The notes below the pieces were generated by a model that ran no database searches, was not told the DNA's origin, and worked only from the letters and a program-made list of their open reading frames with translations. From positions 133,570 through 197,569 of the forward strand of contig JAFLTO010000003.1 of NCBI GenBank assembly GCA_022510425.1: 64,000 nucleotides of DNA. The letters are read 5' to 3'. The first letter of the stretch is position 1. Each line of letters begins with the position of its first letter. Source of the stretch: Muribaculaceae bacterium. Lineage in GTDB: Bacteria > Bacteroidota > Bacteroidia > Bacteroidales > Muribaculaceae. A program made the position numbers and the translations under genes. Shown piece by piece: positions 20,101 through 26,545 of the stretch.

Positions 20101-22452
20101 GACAATGAGGTTATTGCAAAAGGATTGTTGGCCAATGAATGGAACCAGGTAACTTTAATGGTCAACAAAGGGCAAGCAACTGTATTAGTTAACAGTGTCA
20201 ACGGTGGTAGCGGTACACTCGGTACTCTTGAAGAGACCAAACGACCCTTCATCATGGGTGGCGGATATGTAGGTCTTCTCGATGAAGTGCGTCTATGGAA
20301 CGATGCTTTGAGCAACAACGATTTGATGACAAGATTCGATTATTTCACCAACAACACCCTCAACAAGTGGAACCCGATGTGGAATAACCTGGTGGCATAT
20401 TATAAGATGGACCAGGAAGCTGCTCCACAGGTAATCGAATATAAAGTTCTTGAGAACCGTAAAGCCGACGGTACCAACAACCATGGTGTTATTTCAGAAG
20501 TAGGTGTTCAGAGGGTATTGGCAAACAACGAAAAGATGCCTTACCTCATCAACGCAGCTTATACTGAGAACGAACGTTTCTACGATCGTCTCATCCCGCA
20601 GGATGCTTATCTCCTAAGCAACGAGATAATTGTGCTTGGTGCTGATTGTCAAGCTTCAGACGGTAGCGTTAAGACAAGACTTGGTAACAACCACGCTTCA
20701 ATATATGGCGGAGTTTCTTATGCAAGTATCGGTGGCAGAACAGGTGTAGCATCGTTTGATGGTAAGAGCGGTTCTTATATTCAGGCTCCGGCAGGTATCG
20801 TTCACTCATACACTGCCGACGGCAATTCATATAACTCGGACTACAAGACCTATTCATTCCTGTTCCGTATATATATAGACACCTGGCAGCCCGGTGCTTG
20901 CATCTTCAGTAATGAAAATTCTGCCAAGACAGCCGGTTTTGCGGTATTGTTGGGTGACTCACCCAAGACTCTTACTATCAGAGCCAACGGTAAGACCAAC
21001 ACTACTAAGGTCATGGACAAATTCAATCTTGGCGGATGGAACCATATTGCAATCGTTCCCAACGCCAGTTCTCGTTCAGCAGCAACCAAATATGATCTCT
21101 ATGTTGGTGCCACCAAGTGCGATTTCGATGCATCAGCAAGTGCAATCGAAGATATAGCATTGGCTAATGTAGTATCAAATCCTGCAAAGATTGGTGAAGG
21201 ATTCAAGGGTTATCTCGATGAGATGTACTTCTCTAACCAGAGTCTCGGTCTCGGTATGATCCAGGCATATGCCAACAGGGTTATCGTACCGACGGTTGAA
21301 CAAGGTAGAAACGTGGCCGAGATGAATGCGTCCGGATTCCTCTACAACTTTGACAATCCAAGAAATCTTGGTTACAGCTCCTTCTCACAAGACTATATTG
21401 CAGACTATATCCGCAGTCTCTATAGCGGTTATTCACCGGCGAAGGTAGTTCTCTCAGTAAGAGGACACAACGAAAGCGGCAAGTCTGACAATTTCTCAGA
21501 AATATGGGGCAATGACACCAAGGTAAGGAAATTCGCTCAGGATCTGATCAACGCGGCATCAAACTACGACGGTGTGGAATTCGACCTTGAATGGTGTCAG
21601 AATGCAACTCAATGGAGCAATCTGTCAAAACTTTCAGACGCAGTTGAGGCATTGTTGCCGGCCGGAAAGACATTCCGTATCTCTGTGCATGCTGCATATT
21701 ATGACTTCCCGAAAGCTAAGATAAACCATAACAATATCACAGGTTTCACAGTTCAGCAGTATGGACCGAACGCCACATTCTATCCCTATTCAACGTTCAC
21801 CAAGACTCTGAAAGATATGGAATCATATGGATATCCCAAGGATAAGGTTATGCCTTCATTCTCTACTACAATGCAAGGAGGAGGAGACATCAGAGGAGGC
21901 GCTTTCGCTAACTACAAGTTGAACGACAATGATGTTGACACATATAACGGAATGAGCTTCATGGGCCCGATGCAAATATTCAAACGTGCACGTTATGCCC
22001 GTGAAAACAACTACCAAGGTATCTTCTACTGGGCTATGGGTAACGACTACTGGTTAGGAGATAAGAATATGGGTAGCGGCGGTGTTGCTAATTACCAAGG
22101 TATGCCGGAATTTAATGGAGCCAAGTATTGCAGCTACGGTCTGAACGCTAACGTGGACAGAGTTGTGCTTTCAGCTAAGATTTCTCATCCCGACACCGAA
22201 TATGCCGAAGGAGAGGAAGTGGTAATTCCAGATCTTGATGACGAATTCGGCGACAATGTAGGAGATAATCCAGGTGATGATGACAATAACGGAGATACTT
22301 CTAACGTTAACTCACTTGATAGCGTAGAATACGTGGATGTTTACACTATCGGCGGAGTCCTAATCAAGAAGAATGCAGTTAAGTCTGAATTGAACAACCA
22401 ACTCGAAAAGGGTATCTACATTATTGATGGCAAACAAACTTTAGTTAGATAA
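14173..22452 (+). CDS. Giant (2,759 aa) T9SS-sorted modular surface protein: 4x domain X, 5x Ig-like spacer repeats, CBM4/9-like domain, LamG-LamG-GH18-like module (paralog 3), acidic linker, T9SS tail
   Basis: Single uninterrupted ORF with signal peptide MKKLLLTLGVAALTVGAWA. Domain X copies lie at ~14245-15003, 15991-16727, 17152-17910 and 18331-19128, each with a W(D/N)PxxW motif. Five repeats end in ..TVTL(T/D/E)..Y(T/K)(V/I)(T/N)(V/I)P(E/K)(G/D/E)(F/Y). The GH18-like motif YDGVEFDLEW is at 21568-21594. The tail is ..VDVYTIGGVLIKK...LEKGIYIIDGKQTLVR. Confidence 0.85.
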   Translation: MKKLLLTLGVAALTVGAWAVQTLATDIPETFEDVTPTYFKFYEGNTDLSKMIRTDIPSPAQANLKNTNGNFISSNTDTVGSLFSRSKLSEGNLIFGGAYWRTQEELAKGFSLVKLGEEIGEVLVLNGHQSDLVSTLKALGLNENPEVSSMEAAFSGNLQLFWVLDNIQIKNLKYPYLKIKVELNAFNNKQSLEKEALNSITFVTEAGNPFGEEKKVCFNEFLKDNSNEEWDPYKWMVYEFYIDKKDIGSYLRMFINDSLSDLNNGALLIRSIEVYGVSEIASDITKDSVNKTWNDYTPETVKNGNYKITQEKNVITFTFDKEFKKVGEDSEITVSNAPSGLTPSINVDEANKTITVTLTDFPAKEYKINIPEGFVKFGPFEINEAISETITIGKEYETGTVAPLQGDQIGFTVTYSKDITNLQPTGQITLTPKTPVTTQPSLKKTQNGNVLTVTLDGGEAAVYTVTIPKDYFTLDVNLFSDKVSQELTVEKKYETGTVALLEGDKIGFTVTYPMDIIELLTGEIKVEPIKSATNLPAAKPTKEGKVLTVVLEGGDPGDYTVTVPKEYVKLGVNLFNNAATKTLNVPETGSNPSVPTEPETPEDVVGTNITPKSYHFGTTTNLPLHPEYINVQNIVKETNDVYSDANLASSYEDGLIVVSTGGGQSAVEQSDFRNSLQLINLGGEVGNVLFYGTKGSGIVNVLKNKASDFTTEWDKISVNPSTNRNWQLNFFMPPTYTQTNGNYVHCRVIYNVFSANSDLTKAPFNNMGMIKNNNAADASFTNSGKDKGIITFADNDCYTDGEWDPTKWQVVEFDFTNDGNVPYRFRIDVPGPTYWDNLALFIKDIKFTEVKGDYTGSNIKKYSVTYKDPFTYTLGDQIITRTKRIPVVNELGEQSEEKGFTLSFDGDLYQGTGEITITTTENVTTKPQVKSIIKGKTLTVTLEGGDAAEYTVTVPEGFVNISNHSFNAPVKQIITINNNSEDQDDPNYPKVNPGTDITPANYNFNDPKAILPIHPTGKVDNVNLGASAWKALNCSDYWDNGLMVVSSGGGLTQVQHDAFKNAWNYVDFGGKVGRVACYINRGSTAIEDLKKLNSIEAWDDLNKNTQVFSGGALNFYLDPDPKNTPKTGYIHAKIVFNVDDLNESVANGVILQNINVRDDLNNNECSGFVLDPITGEKVNVLKNEFTTNGKWDPTKWMTYEFDFKVDGTDKSADLSQLPVRIKMFFQGSQANNTSAIFFKEISFTHVDDADPTMLGKVYQKMETLEIGTPKISFIPAEKMAASSVNVNENVLTATFDQNITLDETKSVTISPSSTTGKLDVKVNDKSIVVTLTDYPYYTYTVTIPEGFVKVGDKGINEEIVQEIEISAPKVKDKEYYFPSALDIPAGYIDMTPSYYKFYNGKTDLDKMLRNDINSPTATNLGGDYFITNNMGDGKYFNNDNLSKGNLIYKAGMYQNDKDNDRLRSAFSLFDFGGNVGEVLVLNGKNSKLNEAIAENFNLQTSYNISKPAGDFMNMQLMWLLDNPKMNSNLINGNYTVHVRMELNMYNNNMATEYPLMSNMYLQRQTGTTAAEFDLNDKFIDEFTYRVNEESYKEGEFNVNKTDKWNPYRWMVLDFETDYNRVVSYLRTFLQSNQMKDHSNGAWLIRSIEIYGIPSNVTSTYEKNKLYTSWNEYKASDFIVKEPTPEQAKEDPSEKSIVENTIPGDKVENEASFNGFQDDKDHENSWTIEDAKVAKYYYYNVSTGKNVTLADEATKDVVKVDANTITISAPADMGTEYHHGIVRINTGIEIQEGATYNFSAQATKVASTRAAANVPDILVKLTAESSNATSGLANKTENGVHYLSNAELTAGNLVLEIHFGGAENAGNDITLSNITLAQLTEGSSGGNNSGGNPGVGDEGGFIPGDYSGEPTVNRAMQFTQSGTVTCGAIPELNNLSSYSIQFWMKPQEWEEGATLLRRGDNFSVELGENHNIVFKNSDNEVIAKGLLANEWNQVTLMVNKGQATVLVNSVNGGSGTLGTLEETKRPFIMGGGYVGLLDEVRLWNDALSNNDLMTRFDYFTNNTLNKWNPMWNNLVAYYKMDQEAAPQVIEYKVLENRKADGTNNHGVISEVGVQRVLANNEKMPYLINAAYTENERFYDRLIPQDAYLLSNEIIVLGADCQASDGSVKTRLGNNHASIYGGVSYASIGGRTGVASFDGKSGSYIQAPAGIVHSYTADGNSYNSDYKTYSFLFRIYIDTWQPGACIFSNENSAKTAGFAVLLGDSPKTLTIRANGKTNTTKVMDKFNLGGWNHIAIVPNASSRSAATKYDLYVGATKCDFDASASAIEDIALANVVSNPAKIGEGFKGYLDEMYFSNQSLGLGMIQAYANRVIVPTVEQGRNVAEMNASGFLYNFDNPRNLGYSSFSQDYIADYIRSLYSGYSPAKVVLSVRGHNESGKSDNFSEIWGNDTKVRKFAQDLINAASNYDGVEFDLEWCQNATQWSNLSKLSDAVEALLPAGKTFRISVHAAYYDFPKAKINHNNITGFTVQQYGPNATFYPYSTFTKTLKDMESYGYPKDKVMPSFSTTMQGGGDIRGGAFANYKLNDNDVDTYNGMSFMGPMQIFKRARYARENNYQGIFYWAMGNDYWLGDKNMGSGGVANYQGMPEFNGAKYCSYGLNANVDRVVLSAKISHPDTEYAEGEEVVIPDLDDEFGDNVGDNPGDDDNNGDTSNVNSLDSVEYVDVYTIGGVLIKKNAVKSELNNQLEKGIYIIDGKQTLVR
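15352..15933 (+). repeat. Two tandem in-frame 291-nt (97-aa) units inside the giant ORF (Ig-like spacer repeats R2 and R3)
   Basis: KEYETGTVAPLQGDQIGFTVTY.. versus KKYETGTVALLEGDKIGFTVTY... An identical 17-mer TATGAAACCGGAACTGT occurs at 15358-15374 and 15649-15665, exactly 291 nt apart. Confidence 0.85.
19291..19806 (+). other. CBM4/9/22-like carbohydrate-binding-type domain within the giant ORF (approximate borders)
   Basis: ENEASFNGFQDD..NSW...IEIQEGATYNFSAQATKV....LVLEIHFGG..GNDITLSNITLAQL follows the typical pattern of CBM_4_9-type jelly rolls. Called by eye only. Confidence 0.45.
19897..22190 (+). other. LamG-LamG-GH18-like module of the giant ORF (approximate borders), colinear with the 743-aa and 826-aa paralogs
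   Basis: Shared blocks: VNRAMQFTQSG.., FDYFTNNTLNKWNPMWNNLVAYYKMDQ, MPYLINAAYTENERF, YDGVEFDLEW, FRISVH, GFTVQQYGPNA, MGPMQIFKRA, GIFYW. Confidence 0.75.
22270..22449 (+). other. Putative T9SS C-terminal sorting domain of the giant ORF, preceded by an Asp/Gly/Asn-rich linker
   Basis: Linker: PDLDDEFGDNVGDNPGDDDNNGD. Tail: SVEYVDVYTIGGVLIKKNAVKSELNNQLEKGIYIIDGKQTLVR. Confidence 0.6.
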
Positions 22453-22466
22453 ACACTCTTTATAAT

Positions 22467-22508
22467 CCGAAAGCCTCGTTGCCGGGGCTTTCGGTACTAA
22501 TTTTTATT
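22467..22508 (+). terminator. Rho-independent-type terminator (9-bp stem CCGAAAGCC / GGCTTTCGG, 10-nt loop, then TACTAATTTTTATT)
   Basis: Inverted repeat at 22467-22475 and 22486-22494, 15 nt after the stop of the giant ORF, followed by a T-rich run. Confidence 0.65.
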
Positions 22509-22691
22509 GTATATGTATTGTATATTCAAAAAATTTCATTAATTTTAGCAAATAATTACAATAATTTATAGAAGTTCTAATTTTAACCAATAATTCCAAA
22601 TTAATGACAGAAAGTTAATGCACAATTCTACTTCATATTTCAATACTGAAAAATGAAGTTCCCGTAAAGAAATCACAAATCAACCAACATT

Positions 22692-23258
22692 ATGAAAAAA
22701 ATCTTTTACTTAATCGCGGCAGTTGGAATCACATGGGGAATCGTCTCATGTGACAACGAGCCGAAAAATCCCGGAGACTACTCCGTAAAGAGCGAGCTCT
22801 CCATTGGGGATGTAGTATCCCAGGTCAATGGGCAGGTATATGCGCTTCAGGTTGCCAAATCAATCGACAGCGTGTTTACAAACAAAGTCACAGCGTATGA
22901 CACCATCTGGGATGAAAACGGTAATTTCGTGAGCAGAGAGGGTAGGGAAGTAATAATTCCTTCTAAGTTCACTACCAAGTACGTCGAATATGAACCAATC
23001 ATGGTGCCTGCTGAAGCCGACACATTTGAAATTCATGTCACTTCAAATGCTAAGTGGTTCCTTTCTACCGCTTCCTATAGAGGTAGCTCCACTTTTTATA
23101 ACATCAATTCCGGTGGTGGAGGTAACGGAACACTTCTTTTCCGTTCTGCTATAAACAGAAACGGAACAAGAAAAGTGGCCGCAGACTTAAATGTCTACAC
23201 TTCCGACAGTACTATTTATCATAAAGTGACACTTCTTCAGGAAGGACTTGCCAATTAA
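22692..23258 (+). CDS. Small lipoprotein with a C-terminal BACON-like domain
   Basis: Lipobox GIVS|C followed by an acidic D-N-E. The C-terminal half (FEIHVTSNAKWFL....GNGTLLFRSAINRNGTRKVAADLNVYTSDSTIYHKVTLLQEG) follows the BACON domain pattern. There are 20 nt to the susC start. Confidence 0.65.
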   Translation: MKKIFYLIAAVGITWGIVSCDNEPKNPGDYSVKSELSIGDVVSQVNGQVYALQVAKSIDSVFTNKVTAYDTIWDENGNFVSREGREVIIPSKFTTKYVEYEPIMVPAEADTFEIHVTSNAKWFLSTASYRGSSTFYNINSGGGGNGTLLFRSAINRNGTRKVAADLNVYTSDSTIYHKVTLLQEGLAN

Positions 23259-23278
23259 CCTAAAGACTAACCAAAAAC

Positions 23279-26200
23279 ATGAAAAGATTCTATATAACTT
23301 TAATAGGCGTCTTGGTATCTCTCGGGATGTATGCAGATGTCTTAGTGACCGGTACGGTGTATGAACCTTCCGGAGATACAGCTATCGGCGCCACCGTAAT
23401 GGAGAAAGGACAGCCATCAAAGGGAACAGCTACCGATATTGATGGTAATTTCCAACTAAACGTTTCATCTCTACAAGCCACACTCGTGGTTTCATACATC
23501 GGTATGCAAACCCAAGAAGTGAAACTAGATGGCCTTAACCATATTGAAGTTCATCTCAAAGATGATAATGTAACTCTCGATGAACTCGTTGTTGTGGGTT
23601 ACGGAACTCAGAAAAAAATCAATGCCACAGGTTCTGTTAGAACTATCGACAGCGAAGTGCTCGAATCTCGTCCGGTAACCAACGCCGTTCAAGGTCTCCA
23701 GGGTGCGGTAGCCGGTCTTAACATTACCAACGACTCAGGTGGTGGTCTCGGTGAAACCATGAACATCAACATCCGTGGTGTCGGTTCTATCGGTGACGGC
23801 TCTAACTCTTCGCCGCTTATCCTTATCGACGGTATGGAAGGTGACCTCTCCACAATCAACCCCAACGATATCGAAAACATCTCAGTATTGAAGGATGCCG
23901 CAGCAGCTTCTATCTATGGTTCTCGTGCTCCTTTCGGTGTGATTCTCGTTACTACAAAAGGCGGTAAGAAAGGTACAACGGTAAACTATAACGGTAACTT
24001 CCGTTGGAATAAACCTACCAACGTGCCTCATGTGCCGGATTCATACACCTATGCTCTCATGATGAATGATGCATATATCAATACCGGTGGTAATGCTGTT
24101 TATGGTTCTGCCAAACTGGAGAAAATGAAACAATTCCAGGCCGGCATTTTAAAATATGGTACCGATACCAGTGCTCCGGGTTCAATCTATGACTGGATGG
24201 GACAAACTAACACTTGGGGTAATACTAACTGGTATGACGTGCACTTGAAAAACACTACATTCTCCCAGGAACACAACGTGAGTGTTTCCGGCGGTGGAGA
24301 CATGGTGACTTATTATTTCTCAGGTAACTACCTCGGACAGGACGGTCTTTTCCGTTATGCAGATGAAAAATATCAACGTCTTGCTTTGACCGGTAAAGTA
24401 AACGTTACTTTCAATAAATATGTTCAGTTCCTTTGGACATCTCGTTACATCGCTACTGACAATACCAAACCTTCTGTGTTGAACTCTATGTTCTTCCACC
24501 AGTTGAGCCGTATGGCACCAACCCTTCCTTTGTACACCACTTATGATGAATACGATCCTTCATCTTATGTGCAACAACTAAGAGACGGTGGTCGTCAAGA
24601 TCAAAAAACTCAACAGATATACAACCAAGGTAACCTTACCATCACTCCTATAAAAGATTGGCAGATTCATGCTGACATCAGCAGCCGTATCGAACACAAT
24701 CCTTATACACGTGAATTCAAACCGGTTACTTATACAATGCGTGACGGTTCTTCAGGTTTTATCAACTTGGGTGACCAGCAGAACTCATTTCGTAGAATCC
24801 GTGATAACGGTACTTTCTACGTAGACCCCGCAGCAGGTGAAAGCTATTACGAAAAGGCCAATACCTATATCAATTACTTCAGTACCAACTTCTATACTGA
24901 CTATAGTCTCTCATTCGGAGAAAATAATTTCAAATTCCTCCTCGGTGTTCAGACTGAAAGTTATAGCGAAGAGATCACACGTGTCGCATCCTGGGACATC
25001 CTTCTTCCTGACACTCCTTTCATTCCTTCCGACAATGGAGGAGGTAGTACCATGTCTTCAGAAAGCAAAGGAAAATGGACTTCTGTAGGTATTTTCGGCC
25101 GTATCAACTATAACTACAACGACCGTTATATGGCAGAGGTTAACCTCCGTGGTGACGGTGCTTCTCGTTTCCCGAAGAACCAACGTTGGGGTGTGTTCCC
25201 TTCTTTCTCAATAGGTTGGAACATCGCTAATGAAAAATTCTGGGAACCGGCATATCATGTGATGAACTACTTCAAACTCCGTGCTTCTTACGGTCAGTTG
25301 GGTAACCAGAACACAACTTCTTTCTATCCGTTCTATCAGAAGATGTATACCACCGGTGGTACTGTTATCTTAGGTGACAACCAGGCAACTCTGCTTCCAA
25401 TCTTCGATCCATATTCTACTTCTCTTACATGGGAAAGAATCGAGAACGTAGGTGCCGGTGTTGATTTCGCATTCTTCAACAATCGTCTCCAAGGTTCATT
25501 CGACTGGTACCAACGTACAACCAAAGACATGATTGGTCCGGCTTACGCTTTGGCAGCTGTTTATGGTGCGAACGCTCCTAAGACCAATAATGCTGAATTG
25601 AGAACCCGCGGTTGGGAATTGGAACTCTCTTGGAGAGATAATATCGGTAAGGATTTCAGTTATTCAATTTCCGCTTCTCTCTCTGACTACCAAACAGTCG
25701 TTACCAAGTATGATTCTCCCAATAACTCTATCGATGGATGGTATCAAGGTAAGAACTATGGTGAAATCTGGGGTTACAGTGTCGTAGGTATCGCCAAGAG
25801 TGATGAAGAAATGGCAGCTTGGCTGGCTCAACACAATCAAGATAAGATCCCGACAGCAGCACAGGGTACTTCTACATGGGGAGGTGGTGACCTTATGTAT
25901 GCCGACCTTAATAACGACGGAAGTGTAGATCCGGGTACACGTACTCTCGACAACCATGGTGACCTTCGAGTAATCGGTAACAACACTCCAAGATACGCTT
26001 ACAGCTTCACTCTTGATTTCAAGTGGAAATTCATTGATTTCAGAGCTTATTTCCAAGGTATCGGAAAACGTGACTACTTTATCAGCAATGGCGGTAATAT
26101 CGGAGGTGCTACTTTCTTCGGTTTCCAGGGAGGCGCTTATCAGAACGCTCTTTATCTGGAACAACTCGACTATTTCCGTTATGCCGGTGCAGAACTGGGT

Positions 26201-26524
26201 GCTAACTTTGAGAATCCTTACTATGGTCGTATGAGATATGATGACTATAATACTCAATGTTCCGACAGGTTTATTCAGGATGCTTCCTATCTTCGTTTGA
26301 AGAACTTGCAGGTAGGTTTCAGCCTCCCGGGAAAAACCCCGATCTCAAAATATGTGAAGAAGGCAAGAATTTATTTCTCTGCAGAAAACCTCTTTACAGT
26401 GACAAAACTTAAAATATTCGATCCGGAAGCATTGAAGACTAACGATACTGAATATTCAGGTGGTGCCGGTAAGGTTTATCCTCAATATCGCACATTCTCA
26501 ATGGGTCTCGAACTCACATTCTAA
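23279..26524 (+). CDS. susC: SusC/RagA-family TonB-dependent outer-membrane transporter
   Basis: Signal peptide, then a carboxypeptidase-regulatory-like domain (VTGTVYEPSGDTAIGATV..GTATDIDGNFQL), the plug motif LDELVVVGYGTQKK, 1081 aa, and a terminal ..FSMGLELTF. No STN-type N-terminal extension. Confidence 0.95.
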   Translation: MKRFYITLIGVLVSLGMYADVLVTGTVYEPSGDTAIGATVMEKGQPSKGTATDIDGNFQLNVSSLQATLVVSYIGMQTQEVKLDGLNHIEVHLKDDNVTLDELVVVGYGTQKKINATGSVRTIDSEVLESRPVTNAVQGLQGAVAGLNITNDSGGGLGETMNINIRGVGSIGDGSNSSPLILIDGMEGDLSTINPNDIENISVLKDAAAASIYGSRAPFGVILVTTKGGKKGTTVNYNGNFRWNKPTNVPHVPDSYTYALMMNDAYINTGGNAVYGSAKLEKMKQFQAGILKYGTDTSAPGSIYDWMGQTNTWGNTNWYDVHLKNTTFSQEHNVSVSGGGDMVTYYFSGNYLGQDGLFRYADEKYQRLALTGKVNVTFNKYVQFLWTSRYIATDNTKPSVLNSMFFHQLSRMAPTLPLYTTYDEYDPSSYVQQLRDGGRQDQKTQQIYNQGNLTITPIKDWQIHADISSRIEHNPYTREFKPVTYTMRDGSSGFINLGDQQNSFRRIRDNGTFYVDPAAGESYYEKANTYINYFSTNFYTDYSLSFGENNFKFLLGVQTESYSEEITRVASWDILLPDTPFIPSDNGGGSTMSSESKGKWTSVGIFGRINYNYNDRYMAEVNLRGDGASRFPKNQRWGVFPSFSIGWNIANEKFWEPAYHVMNYFKLRASYGQLGNQNTTSFYPFYQKMYTTGGTVILGDNQATLLPIFDPYSTSLTWERIENVGAGVDFAFFNNRLQGSFDWYQRTTKDMIGPAYALAAVYGANAPKTNNAELRTRGWELELSWRDNIGKDFSYSISASLSDYQTVVTKYDSPNNSIDGWYQGKNYGEIWGYSVVGIAKSDEEMAAWLAQHNQDKIPTAAQGTSTWGGGDLMYADLNNDGSVDPGTRTLDNHGDLRVIGNNTPRYAYSFTLDFKWKFIDFRAYFQGIGKRDYFISNGGNIGGATFFGFQGGAYQNALYLEQLDYFRYAGAELGANFENPYYGRMRYDDYNTQCSDRFIQDASYLRLKNLQVGFSLPGKTPISKYVKKARIYFSAENLFTVTKLKIFDPEALKTNDTEYSGGAGKVYPQYRTFSMGLELTF

Positions 26525-26545
26525 TAACTACATTAACTGAAAAAG

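Noticed and set aside
5999-22452. Calling the LamG-GH18-like proteins chitinases
   Set aside because: The GH18-like motif is atypical (Glu for the first Asp; Gly for the Asp of the Y-D pair). The locus context (sulfatases, GH2, GH20, anSME) argues for host-type glycans. The specific activity is left open.
25664-26257. 197-aa antisense ORF inside susC
   Set aside because: It is embedded in a very well supported SusC coding frame, and the antisense product has no recognisable features.
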